This document shows, piece after piece, positions 47,460 to 57,092 of a stretch of 64,000 bases of DNA (positions within the stretch are counted from its first letter, which is position 1; every line of letters begins with the position of its first letter). This DNA is from Candidatus Marinacidobacterales bacterium (GTDB taxonomy: Bacteria > Acidobacteriota > Vicinamibacteria > Marinacidobacterales > DATDRI01). The DNA lies in NCBI GenBank assembly GCA_965226495.1, contig OZ245365.1:1792001-1856000 (forward strand), read 5' to 3'. The notes below the pieces were generated by a model. It was given only the letters and a program-made list of their open reading frames with translations. It had not been told where the DNA came from and did no database searches. The position numbers and the translations under genes were made by a program.

Positions 47460-49987
47460 TCCGCTACTTCCTTCGGGACCTGCTTGCACAATTCCGCAGC
47501 GGGCGGAGCCTCTTCCTGTTGAGTCTCCTCGGCGTCGCGCTGGGCGTCGCCTCCGTTCTGTCCATACAGATCATCAACCTCAATGCTCTGGGGACCTTCC
47601 AGGGAAGCGTGCGGGCGATCAGTGGAGAGGCGGATCTCAGCATCGTGGGTCGCACGCCGTCGCTTTCCGAAGAGATCTTCCCTGAGGTCCTGTCCACCGA
47701 GGGTGTGACCGCCGCCTGGCCTCTTTTTCGTTTGGAGGTGGCGCTCGCCGAAGAAGAAGAAGTCTTGCTCGATGTGCTCGGCTTCGATCTTTTCGCACCT
47801 TTGAAATTGCCTTGGAAGTCTCCGCCCGCCGAGCTTTCGGCGACCTTGGGCGAGAGCGGTTGGATCGCGGTGTCTCCCGGTTTCGCAGGAGAAAGAGGTT
47901 GGGACGTCGGCGATCGCTTCGAGGTCTTCAGTGGATCCCGCCGAGTCGAGCTCCGTGTCGGAGCCCTAGTGGACTTCAAGAAGGCCACCCCACTGGCGAG
48001 CCGGAAGCTGGCGGTGATGGACATCGCGCAGGCGCAGAGTCTTTTCGGCAACGTCGGGGAGATTCACCAGATCGATCTGAAAGTCGAAGAAGAGCCCGAG
48101 CGCGTCGCGTCGGTGCTTCAAGAGAGACTAGGCCCGTCGGTACGTGTTCTCACGTCCGGGCAACGGGAGAACCAGGCGACGAACTTGCTGAGCGCGTTTC
48201 GGCTCAATCTCACCGCCCTGAGTCTGATCAGCCTGTTAGTTGGCGCTTTTCTCGTCTTTTCGAGTACGCAGGCGTCGCTCGTCCGACGGCGGGTGGGGTT
48301 CGGACTTCTCCGGTCGCTCGGCGCGACGCGTGGCCAGCTCTTGGGGCTGATTCTCGCGGAAACAGGGTTCCTCGCCTTGCTCGGGGTGGCGCTCGGGATC
48401 CCGTTGGGTTACGCCGCAGCCGTCACCTATGTCGACCAAGTGAGCGCCACCCTGACCAACGTCTATCTTCTCGAGGAGATCGAGTCGCTGGTAATCCCGG
48501 CCTGGCTATTTCCGTTAGCCACTCTAGTGGGTCTGTCGGGAGCGTTCCTCGGTGCGATCTTTCCAGCCATGGACGTTAGCCGCAAAGATACGCGGGCTCT
48601 CTTGGCGGCGTTCACGCTTCACGAAAGGATTGGCGCCGCCGCACTCCCGCTCTTCTTTGCCGGTCTGATGCTTCTCGCCGGAGCCGGAGCGATCTATGGG
48701 CTGGCTGGAGAAGGGTGGCGACCGGGCGGTTTCGTCTTGGCGCTGGGTCTCGTTCTATCCATTCCATTGATCGCACCTTTACTGGTGCAGCAGGGTGCCC
48801 GCCACACTCGAGGTCGAGGCTTTGGTTTTGCGTTTGGGTTGAGAGGGCTGGGGCAGCAGCTGCAGACGACGCCCTTCGCTATTGCGGCGGTCGCGGTGGC
48901 GGTGTGCATGATGGTCGGCGTCACCGTGATGGTCGGAAGCTTTCGACAAACGCTCGAGATCATGGTTGATTCCACGGTACGTGCGGATATCTACATCACG
49001 AGCAAATCTTGGACGCGCGGCCGCACCGAGGCGACGCTCGATCCGCAACTCGTATCGGATTTGGCCTCGCACCCAGGTGTTCGGGCTATCGATCGCCTCC
49101 GGCAGCTTTTCGTCTATCCCCTCGGCTATCTCGATGACCACCGCATCTCCCTCGCCGGCGTCGACATGGGGCTCGAGCTCAGCGAGGCGCGTTTCTCTCT
49201 ACTCGAAGGTGAGTCCGAACAGGCGCTCCGCGAAGTTCGCGAAGAGGGAGCGGTGATCATCAGCGAACCCTTGTCACGGAAATTCGGACTCGCTACCGGC
49301 GACCGTTTGGCACTCTACACACAGAGTGATGAGGTCGAGTTTCCCATTTCCGCGGTCTACTACGATTTCAGCACCGAAGGCGGCTCCGCGTTTATGGATC
49401 TCTCGACGATGGAAGAGCACTTCGGTCCGGGGGAAGTCAGCAACTTGGCTCTCTATCTCGCTCCCGGAATCGACACCGAGCGGGCGGTTGATGAGTTGAT
49501 GACTCGCTTCTCCGATCGACCGCTCGAGATCCGGAGCAATCGGCTCCTTCGCGAAGAGGTGTTCAGCATTTTCGACCAAACCTTCGCGGTGACACAGTTA
49601 CTCCAGGCAATGAGCCTTTTGATTGCGGTTTGCGGTATCACGCTGACCCTTCTGGTTATGGCCCGAGAACGTGTTTCAGAGCTAGCGCTCTATCGTGCGC
49701 TCGGCGCGGAGCGGCAGCAGATCTTTCGGACTTACCTTGGAAAAGGAATGGGGATGGCGGCCTATGGTTTGGGTCTGGGCGGAGCGGGGGGCGTCATGCT
49801 AGCGTTCATCCTGATCTTCATTATTAACCGCACCTACTTTGGCTGGACCATTGCACTTCATTGGCCATGGGCAAGTTTGGCGATCGAGGCAGCGGTCATT
49901 CTCATCGCGGCGGCCGCGGCCAGTATCTATCCCGCCTGGCGGGCGGCGCGAACTCCGGCCACCGAGCTGAGAAGAGAGGACATTTGA
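47456..49987 (+). CDS. FtsX-like ABC permease with duplicated domains (AttF/G-like)
   Basis: GVALGVA, AFRLNLTALS, LRSLGA, FDQTFAVT and INRTYFGW. Confidence 0.88.
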   Translation: MIRYFLRDLLAQFRSGRSLFLLSLLGVALGVASVLSIQIINLNALGTFQGSVRAISGEADLSIVGRTPSLSEEIFPEVLSTEGVTAAWPLFRLEVALAEEEEVLLDVLGFDLFAPLKLPWKSPPAELSATLGESGWIAVSPGFAGERGWDVGDRFEVFSGSRRVELRVGALVDFKKATPLASRKLAVMDIAQAQSLFGNVGEIHQIDLKVEEEPERVASVLQERLGPSVRVLTSGQRENQATNLLSAFRLNLTALSLISLLVGAFLVFSSTQASLVRRRVGFGLLRSLGATRGQLLGLILAETGFLALLGVALGIPLGYAAAVTYVDQVSATLTNVYLLEEIESLVIPAWLFPLATLVGLSGAFLGAIFPAMDVSRKDTRALLAAFTLHERIGAAALPLFFAGLMLLAGAGAIYGLAGEGWRPGGFVLALGLVLSIPLIAPLLVQQGARHTRGRGFGFAFGLRGLGQQLQTTPFAIAAVAVAVCMMVGVTVMVGSFRQTLEIMVDSTVRADIYITSKSWTRGRTEATLDPQLVSDLASHPGVRAIDRLRQLFVYPLGYLDDHRISLAGVDMGLELSEARFSLLEGESEQALREVREEGAVIISEPLSRKFGLATGDRLALYTQSDEVEFPISAVYYDFSTEGGSAFMDLSTMEEHFGPGEVSNLALYLAPGIDTERAVDELMTRFSDRPLEIRSNRLLREEVFSIFDQTFAVTQLLQAMSLLIAVCGITLTLLVMARERVSELALYRALGAERQQIFRTYLGKGMGMAAYGLGLGGAGGVMLAFILIFIINRTYFGWTIALHWPWASLAIEAAVILIAAAAASIYPAWRAARTPATELRREDI

Positions 49988-51126
49988 GAGCTACCCTGTC
50001 TTTCTTGCTTCTGTCGATCACGGCGACTCTGCTGTTCGCGAGTGACTGGAAGTTGGCTGAGCCCGACTACCCATGGTCTTTTCCGCGGGACCACTGGTCC
50101 CATCGGGAATACCGTACCGAATGGTGGTACTTCACGGGGCACCTCGTCACGACGTCCGAGCCGGCACGCCGTTTCGGCTATCAGTTCACTTTGTTTCGAA
50201 TCGGTCTACTGACCGAGCGGCCACCCTTCGATTCGAACTGGGCCACCGACAGTCTCATCATGGGACACGCGGCGGTCACCGATACGGACCAGGAAGAGCA
50301 TCGCTTCAGCGAGCTCCTTTATCGCGAGATTCCTCTCCTTGGTGAGTTTCGAGGGTTCCCCGACCCACTCGTGGCTTGGGTGCGAGGCCCGGTGGGCTCT
50401 GCCGACAGATGGACGCTTCGGTGGAACGGGCGGTCATTCGATTTTGCGATGGCCGACGATGCAAAGGGGTTCGCGTTCGACTTGCGCACGGAACCCACGA
50501 AGCCATTGGTGCTGCAGGGGCCGAACGGTTTGAGTCGCAAGGGAAGTGAGCCCGGTGCCGCGAGTCTCTACTACAGCTTCACCCGATTGGCGACGGAAGG
50601 GACGCTCCGCCTCGACGGCGAGACTCTGGAAGTTCGCGGAGAGAGCTGGATGGACAAGGAGTTTTCTTCGTCGCAGCTCACTGAAAGTCAGGTTGGTTGG
50701 GACTGGTTTAGTCTTCAGCTCACAGACGGCCGGGAGCTCATGCTCTACGTGCTTCGGCGCAAAGACGGATCTTCAGATTTCCGACATGCCACGCTGGTTA
50801 GTAAGGAAGGAGAAGCCCGATACCTCGATCCCGAGGAGTGGAGCGTCCGGGCATTGGATTCTTGGGAGAGTGAGGATACGGGAGCTGGCTATCCCAGTCG
50901 CTGGTCTATAGAAGTCTCTGGCGAAGTCCGCGGCCAAGTCCGCGGCGAGGCGCTCGTGCTCGACGTGAAACCGGTTGTGCCCAATCAGGAGAACCGGAGC
51001 GGACTGCCGGGCGGAGTCTACTACTGGGAGGGCGCGGTCACCATTCTTGGCCCCGCGGGAGAAGAGCTAGGGCAGGGCTACGTGGAGCTCACCGGATACG
51101 GTGAAGACAACAAACCTCCTGTTTAG
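49984..51126 (+). CDS. AttH/CrtC-like lipocalin-fold secreted protein
   Basis: FPRDH..H..Y.TEWWY, YYS, WMDKEFSS, GWDWFS, YWEG and GYVELTGY. Confidence 0.88.
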   Translation: MRATLSFLLLSITATLLFASDWKLAEPDYPWSFPRDHWSHREYRTEWWYFTGHLVTTSEPARRFGYQFTLFRIGLLTERPPFDSNWATDSLIMGHAAVTDTDQEEHRFSELLYREIPLLGEFRGFPDPLVAWVRGPVGSADRWTLRWNGRSFDFAMADDAKGFAFDLRTEPTKPLVLQGPNGLSRKGSEPGAASLYYSFTRLATEGTLRLDGETLEVRGESWMDKEFSSSQLTESQVGWDWFSLQLTDGRELMLYVLRRKDGSSDFRHATLVSKEGEARYLDPEEWSVRALDSWESEDTGAGYPSRWSIEVSGEVRGQVRGEALVLDVKPVVPNQENRSGLPGGVYYWEGAVTILGPAGEELGQGYVELTGYGEDNKPPV

Positions 51127-51284
51127 AGTGCGATGCGGCCGGTATAGACAATCCAAGAGGGCGGTGTTAAACTCCGGCCGCTTGGCAGGCAGTTCACCAG
51201 GCTCGCGCTTCAAACCAACAACAGGCCGGCGGTCAGCGGAATTGCTAGTCGGCCGCGTTCGCATGTGAACAGGAAGGGGCGAAT

Positions 51285-52064
51285 ATGGTTTCCGAGGCTT
51301 TGGAAGCTATCTTTCGATGGATGCACGTGTTCGTCGGAATCATTTGGATCGGGCATCTCTACTTCTTTAACTGGGTCAATGGCCCGTTTGCGGCAAAGCT
51401 GGACGGGGCAACGAAGAAAGTCGTGGTTCCGGAGCTCCTGCCTCGGGCCCTGTTTTGGTTCCGATGGGGAGCCGCTTGGACCTGGATCACCGGTGTCCTG
51501 CTCCTAGCGCTCGTCTACTACATGACCAACAACACGACCGCCGGCGAGTGGACGACTGGTGCCGGTGTCATGATCGCCGTCACGTTCCTGGCTGTGTTCG
51601 TCTATGATTTCTTGTGGAAGACGTCGCTGGCCAAAAACGTTCGGCTCGCGTTCGGTGTCTCTTACATATTGTTGGCCGTCGTCGTGTATCTCTTCGTGCA
51701 CGTGGGCGGGTTCAGCTATCGGGGCACGCTGATTCACACCGGCGCCATGTTCGGAACGATGATGGCGTTCAACGTCTGGTTCCGAATTTGGCCCGCCCAA
51801 CAGAAGATCATCAGAGCGATCAAAGGGGGCAATGCGCCCGACGGTGATCTCGTGAAGTTGGCAGGCCTTCGGTCCAAACATAATACGTATCTGTCACTTC
51901 CTTTGCTGTGGGCCATGATCGGCCAACACACGACCTACTTCGCGGGCGGGAACCTCGGCCTCACCGCGCAGACGTGGTGGATCGGTTGGCTCGTTATGAT
52001 TGCCATTGGCCTGCACATCATCTTCCAGTGCTACAAGAAGGCCGGCAAGGTCGAAGGCTTCTAA
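51285..52064 (+). CDS. Urate hydroxylase PuuD-like membrane protein (no cytochrome c domain)
   Basis: RWMHV..GIIWIG..YF, WFRWGA..TWITG, NVW..IWPAQ and RSKHNTY; no CxxCH. Confidence 0.8.
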   Translation: MVSEALEAIFRWMHVFVGIIWIGHLYFFNWVNGPFAAKLDGATKKVVVPELLPRALFWFRWGAAWTWITGVLLLALVYYMTNNTTAGEWTTGAGVMIAVTFLAVFVYDFLWKTSLAKNVRLAFGVSYILLAVVVYLFVHVGGFSYRGTLIHTGAMFGTMMAFNVWFRIWPAQQKIIRAIKGGNAPDGDLVKLAGLRSKHNTYLSLPLLWAMIGQHTTYFAGGNLGLTAQTWWIGWLVMIAIGLHIIFQCYKKAGKVEGF

Positions 52065-52069
52065 CGCTA

Positions 52070-52111
52070 TTTCGGGGACAGGTTATTTAACTGGGTAGCC
52101 TGTCCCCGAAA
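52070..52111. terminator. Strong hairpin (terminator or palindromic repeat) after the PuuD-like gene
   Basis: tttcggggacagg..cctgtccccgaaa 13-bp perfect stem followed by cttcttt. Confidence 0.65.
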
Positions 52112-52141
52112 CTTCTTTCCGCCGAGCTCCCCCCTTCACTC

Positions 52142-52521
52142 ATGACGAGTGCTAACGAAGAGCTTCTTCGCATTAGCGAAGCGATCCTTCGCGCCATTGC
52201 CTCCCGTAGCCCGGAATCCCTAAACACCATCCTCGACGAAGGCTTCGTGCACCTTCAATCGGGCGGCGAGCGCCTGACGAAGGAAGAGTTCGTCAGCAAC
52301 ATCGTCGACGCTCCGTACACAATCGAAGAGATCGATTTCGAGTCCATTCGCGTCGAAGTCCAGGAGAAGTCGCGGTGGCGGTCGGTATACAACGGGCGAA
52401 AGTGCGGCTGCCCGACGGTGAGACACTCGTTTCCCGAGGAAGCTTCACCGACGTCTTTCAGAAGAAAAACGACGGCTGGAAGCTATGGTTGGCCCATTCT
52501 ACGGAGCTTGCGACTCAGTAG
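52142..52521 (+). CDS. NTF2-like/DUF4440 protein, frameshifted at about 52364
   Basis: Adding one G gives ..VEVQGEVAVAVG..FTDVF.K..DGWKLWLAHS*. Confidence 0.7.
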
Positions 52522-52538
52522 GAGGCGAAACGAACTCC

Positions 52539-54005
52539 TTGTCCGACGAAACGGTCGTTCTTCTCGGCTGCGGCGTTTACCTCGCGCTGCTCCTGGCGGT
52601 CGGTATCTTCGTCGGTCGTCGCGTCAAGGATAGCGCCGATTTCATCGTCGCCGGACGTCGCCTACCCTTGTGGCTTTGCACCTTCACTCTCTTCGCGACT
52701 TGGTTCGGCGCCGGTACCTGTATGGGTGCGGCGGGTGCGGCGTACGGAAGCGGGGTGCTCGCCACGATCGCCGATCCCTTCGGGGCCGGACTCTGTCTCT
52801 TCCTCGCCGGGCTGTTTTACGTCCGCGTTCTACGCCGCATGAAGCTGTTAACCGTCGCTGATTTCTTCCGCACCCGTTACGGCCCCCGCGCGGAGCTTCT
52901 GGCGAGCGTTGCTATTGTACCGGCCTACGTAGGGTGGACGGGCGCGCAGTTCGTCGCCTTCGGTTACATCCTGCATGCGTTGACCGGCATCGACACCACG
53001 CTCGCCATCGCGATCGGAGCGGCTATCGTCGTTGCATACACGATCGCGGGTGGGATGTGGGCGGTGGCGGTCACGGATTTCTTCCAGGCGATCGTTCTGA
53101 TTGCAGGGCTCGCCATCCTCCTTCCCCTTGTTCTGAAGGATGCGGGTGGTTGGAGCGCGGTCGAGGCGCAGCTCGGCAGCGAATACTTTAGATTCTTCCC
53201 CGAGCGCTCCTTCAAAGATTGGCTTTGGTATATCGAGGCATGGGTGGTCATCGGGTTTGGGAGCATTCCCGCCCAGGACCTCTTCCAGCGCGCCTTGGGC
53301 GCCAAGGACGAGAAGGTCGCGCAGAATAGCGCGTACTTAGCTGGTCTCCTCTATCTCACGGTGGGATTGATTCCAGTCGCTCTCGGGATTGTGGGCGCAA
53401 CGGTCATCAAGGACATCGCCGATCCCGAGCTCATTCTTCCGGCTCTCGGCTTGAAGTACTTGCATCCGGTGGCGATGGCGCTTTTCGTTGGCGCGTTGCT
53501 CTCCGCATTGATGAGCTCCGCCGACAGCGCGCTTCTCGCCCCCGCCAGTATCGTTGGCCAAAATGTTGTGAAGCGCTTCAAGAAGGACGCCGGCGATGGA
53601 GACTTGCTCCGGTTCATCCGCGGAACGGTTCTCGCGATTGCGATTCTATCGCTAGGGATCGCGTTTTACTTCCAGAATATCTATGAGTTGATGGTGAACT
53701 CTTGGGCCGTGCTGCTGGTGTCTCTCTTCGCTCCTCTCACGGCGGGTCTTTATTGGAAGAAGGCCAACGGCCCCGCTGCGCTGGCTAGCATCGTTGTGGG
53801 CTTCGCCGCTTGGGTCGTCTTCGCGTATGTGCAGTCCGAGTATCCGGCGGATTTGATAGCGGCGGCCCTCTCGGCGCTTGCGTTGGTTTTGGTCACGTTC
53901 GCGACACATAAACAATCGCCGCCGCTGCCCCTGTCCGATCTCGAGGGTAACCTCGTCGCCTACCAGGACCGTCTTGGCATCCTTGGCCTGGGCCGCGAGA
54001 ACTGA
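52539..54005 (+). CDS. Sodium:solute symporter (SSS family)
   Basis: DFIVAGRRL, ATWFG, YTIAGGMWAVAVTD, QDLFQR and MSSADS. Confidence 0.92.
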   Translation: MSDETVVLLGCGVYLALLLAVGIFVGRRVKDSADFIVAGRRLPLWLCTFTLFATWFGAGTCMGAAGAAYGSGVLATIADPFGAGLCLFLAGLFYVRVLRRMKLLTVADFFRTRYGPRAELLASVAIVPAYVGWTGAQFVAFGYILHALTGIDTTLAIAIGAAIVVAYTIAGGMWAVAVTDFFQAIVLIAGLAILLPLVLKDAGGWSAVEAQLGSEYFRFFPERSFKDWLWYIEAWVVIGFGSIPAQDLFQRALGAKDEKVAQNSAYLAGLLYLTVGLIPVALGIVGATVIKDIADPELILPALGLKYLHPVAMALFVGALLSALMSSADSALLAPASIVGQNVVKRFKKDAGDGDLLRFIRGTVLAIAILSLGIAFYFQNIYELMVNSWAVLLVSLFAPLTAGLYWKKANGPAALASIVVGFAAWVVFAYVQSEYPADLIAAALSALALVLVTFATHKQSPPLPLSDLEGNLVAYQDRLGILGLGREN

Positions 54006-54016
54006 GCTTATTCTGT

Positions 54017-54997
54017 TCAGGGCAGCCTGAGCAGGTCCTCCCTCACCAAGTATTCGTAGATGCGGTCGGCGAAGATCTGGTGCGCATGGGTGTTGGGATG
54101 GTTGTCGATGGGTAGGATTCGATAGTCCGAAAGATCCGTCGCTTTGAAGGCCGAGCTCACGTCGAGAAAATGTTCGATGCCGTTAGCTAGCGCCAGCTCC
54201 TCGAGCGGTTGGTAGTTTTCCGCCTGGTTCGAAAGGTACGCCAGCACAATGGGGATGTCGTCCGCTTTGCTGAGCGCCGCCAGCTCGCCGAAGACTCTTT
54301 CCAGGTAGCGAGCTTGCCGGTCGGTGAGCCGGCCCCTTTCCTCTTCCACTTGGGGTTCTTGTAATTTGACGGCGATTGCGCCGACAACGAACGAACCGTA
54401 GAAGGGATAGGTCCGCCCCTTGGGACGGTAGCGATCGGGAAATCGGTCGGGAAGAAACACCTTGTGATCGTTACCGGCGCAAAAGCCGATGAGGATCAAG
54501 TCCGGATCGTATTCCATGGCCTTGTGTCGAATCGCGCTTAGATATTGCTGCATGGTGTACGCGCCCACCGCGAAGTTGATGAATTCGTAACGGACTGACT
54601 CACTGCCCGAATTCAAGCGATCCTCGAGTAGGGAATGAAACGCGTCTTCGATGGCCACGCCGCTGGGTAACGTGAACGAGTCGCCGAGCACGGCGACACG
54701 AAAAACACCCTCTGGTTTGCCGGGTGTGTATTCCTTGTCGCGTAATCCACGAGAGTTAGTCCTGAAGGGGACCAGTTTGAAATAGGTATCGACGTTGGGC
54801 TTGAGCTCGAAGACGAGATCCGGATTGGAGGACGGCTGCAGCAGGCCGGAAAGCCCGAGCGCGTTCACACTGTTCACTTTCTCGATGGAAAACGCATCCC
54901 ATCCGAAAAGATAAAAGCGATAAGCCGTCTCTAGGAGGATGAGACCAAGGAGCGTCGAGAGCGCGAGAACGATGAGGTTGCCGAGAAGTTTCTTCAC
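54017..54997 (-). CDS. SGNH/GDSL hydrolase family protein
   Basis: N-terminal TM; NSRGLRD, LGDSFT, GND and DNHPN. Confidence 0.88.
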   Translation of the reverse strand: MKKLLGNLIVLALSTLLGLILLETAYRFYLFGWDAFSIEKVNSVNALGLSGLLQPSSNPDLVFELKPNVDTYFKLVPFRTNSRGLRDKEYTPGKPEGVFRVAVLGDSFTLPSGVAIEDAFHSLLEDRLNSGSESVRYEFINFAVGAYTMQQYLSAIRHKAMEYDPDLILIGFCAGNDHKVFLPDRFPDRYRPKGRTYPFYGSFVVGAIAVKLQEPQVEEERGRLTDRQARYLERVFGELAALSKADDIPIVLAYLSNQAENYQPLEELALANGIEHFLDVSSAFKATDLSDYRILPIDNHPNTHAHQIFADRIYEYLVREDLLRLP

Positions 54998-55000
54998 GGA

Positions 55001-55795
55001 CTATGTAGAGCTCTCGCTTTCGAGGTGTAGCGTTTGTTCCTTGGCTCGTGCGAGCTCGTCTTCGGTCAGGAACCCCGCGCGTGACATCCAGCCGAGTATC
55101 CGCTCCTGTCGCACCTTGAGCGAGTCAAGGCGTTTGGCGGGGTGGAGTCGGCGGGGGTCGGGAATCATCGCCGCGAGCAACGCCGCTTCCGCGGCATCGA
55201 GATAGGCGGCTGGCTTCCCGAAGTAGGTTCGCGCCGCGGCTTCAATGCCGTAAATGCCATCTCCCCATTCGATGACGTTGAGGTACAGCTCGAGGATGCG
55301 CTTCTTCGTCAGTGCGTTTTCGAGTCGGTAGGTCAGAATGGCCTCTTTCAGTTTGCGTTGGAGCGACTTCTCGGTGGAAAGAAAGAGGTTCTTTGCGAGC
55401 TGCTGGGTGATAGTACTGGCGCCGCGAGCATACTCACCTCGTTGGAAGTTCTTCCGGACCGACTCGCGGATCTCGTGAAAATCGAACCCCGGGTGGCCGA
55501 AGAATGCGGCGTCTTCTCCCATTCGGACCGCTTGGATCACCGGTTCGGAGATCTGGCTCAAGGGGACCCAGTACTGTACACGCTTCGGTTCCGCCCTCTT
55601 CGCGCGGGCCTCGGCGGCGCGGGCCGTCATGAGGCTCGTCGTGTCGGGGTTCTTTGACCGCAGAAAATCGACCGCGGGGAGACTGACCGTTAGGTAAGTC
55701 AAGTAGGCGATGAAAATGCCGCTGAGCGCCGCGAACGCTGAGAGGAGCGGGTGCCGCCTGAATAATCCTCGTTTACTTGCCGGCTGGTCGGTCAT
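55001..55795 (-). CDS. mtgA: Monofunctional peptidoglycan transglycosylase
   Basis: EDAAFFGH.GFD, GASTITQQLAKNLF, RKLKE and KKRILELYLN. Confidence 0.93.
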   Translation of the reverse strand: MTDQPASKRGLFRRHPLLSAFAALSGIFIAYLTYLTVSLPAVDFLRSKNPDTTSLMTARAAEARAKRAEPKRVQYWVPLSQISEPVIQAVRMGEDAAFFGHPGFDFHEIRESVRKNFQRGEYARGASTITQQLAKNLFLSTEKSLQRKLKEAILTYRLENALTKKRILELYLNVIEWGDGIYGIEAAARTYFGKPAAYLDAAEAALLAAMIPDPRRLHPAKRLDSLKVRQERILGWMSRAGFLTEDELARAKEQTLHLESESST

Positions 55796-55806
55796 CTTTC
55801 ACGGCG

Positions 55807-55870
55807 ATGCTAGAGAACGGTCATCGAAGTGTCAAATCTTCTTGTCGAAGCGTTCGGTGTTTCCTATACT
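55807..55870. promoter_or_regulatory. Back-to-back sigma-70 promoters for mtgA and the acyl-CoA dehydrogenase operon
   Basis: Minus strand ttgaca-N17-tagcat (55835-55807); plus strand ttgtcg-N17-tatact (55842-55870). Confidence 0.6.
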
Positions 55871-55879
55871 AACCATACA

Positions 55880-57022
55880 ATGAACTTCGAATTCAGCGAC
55901 GAACAACAGGAAATGCGCCGCGTCCTGCGCGATTTCGCGGAAAAAGAGATCTTGCCGAACTCTAAGGAGTGGGACGAAAAGAAAATCTTTCCCATGGAAA
56001 CGATCAAAGCCCTGGGCGAGCTCGGCTTTCTAGGAGTGATCTTCCCGGCGGAATATGGTGGCGCGGGTCTCAAGTACGTCGACTACGCCCTGGTCATCGA
56101 AGAGCTGGCGCGCGCCGATGCCTCGGTGGCGATCACTCTATCCGCACATATTTCTCTTTGTTCGAACCATATTTACGAACAAGGGACGGAAGAACAAAAA
56201 AAGGAGTTTCTGACCCCCTTGGCCTCAGGCAAATGGATTGGGGCTTGGAGTCTTACCGAGTCGGAGGCAGGAAGCGACGCCGGCGGCACCCGCGCGACCG
56301 CGGTGCTCGAGGGAGACGAATGGGTCGTGAACGGTAGCAAGACGTTTACGACCAATGGGAGTGTCGCCGATGTGGCCATCGCCATGGCGGTCACCGACAA
56401 GGACAAAGGCTCCCACGGTATCTCGGCTTTCATCGTCTCGCGCGGCACGCCCGGCTTCAAAAACGGAAAGAAGGAAGACAAGCTTGGCCATCGAGCGTCC
56501 GACACGTCGGAGATGATTTTCGACAACTGCCGCATCCCGAAGAGGCTCCTCCTCGGGCAGCAAGGAGAAGGGTTCGTGGCCTCGCTCAAGGTGTTGGACG
56601 GAGGGCGGATCGGGATCGCGGCGCTCGGATTGGGGATAGCCCAGGCCGCTTTCGAGTGTGCTTTGGATTACTCGCAGAAACGCAAACAGTTCGGAAAGAC
56701 CATCTCCGCTTTTCAAGGTATCCGCTGGAAGCTAGCGGACATGGCAACGGAGATCGATGCCGCTCGCTTACTCATGTACCGTGCTGCTTCCCTCAAGGAC
56801 GACGGTAAACCGCACACCAAAGAAGCAGCGATGGCAAAGCTTTACGCCAGCGAGGTAGCGGTACGGGCCGCGAATGAGGCGGTGCAGGTCCTAGGCGGCT
56901 ACGGTTACATCAAAGACTATCCGGCCGAACGCTATTACCGTGATGCGAAGCTGACCACCATCGGCGAGGGGACGTCTGAAATTCAACGTCTGGTGATCGC
57001 CCGCCAGCTTCTTTCCAAATAG
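55880..57022 (+). CDS. Acyl-CoA dehydrogenase (short/branched chain)
   Basis: LTESEAGSD, NGSK.FTTNG, GRIGIAA, QVLGGYGY and IGEGTSEIQR. Confidence 0.95.
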   Translation: MNFEFSDEQQEMRRVLRDFAEKEILPNSKEWDEKKIFPMETIKALGELGFLGVIFPAEYGGAGLKYVDYALVIEELARADASVAITLSAHISLCSNHIYEQGTEEQKKEFLTPLASGKWIGAWSLTESEAGSDAGGTRATAVLEGDEWVVNGSKTFTTNGSVADVAIAMAVTDKDKGSHGISAFIVSRGTPGFKNGKKEDKLGHRASDTSEMIFDNCRIPKRLLLGQQGEGFVASLKVLDGGRIGIAALGLGIAQAAFECALDYSQKRKQFGKTISAFQGIRWKLADMATEIDAARLLMYRAASLKDDGKPHTKEAAMAKLYASEVAVRAANEAVQVLGGYGYIKDYPAERYYRDAKLTTIGEGTSEIQRLVIARQLLSK

Positions 57023-57092
57023 ACTCCTCCAATTCCCTGCGGGAAGGCCTCGCAGGCGACCCGCATCTCTAGTACGATCCATCCTTCAAGCG

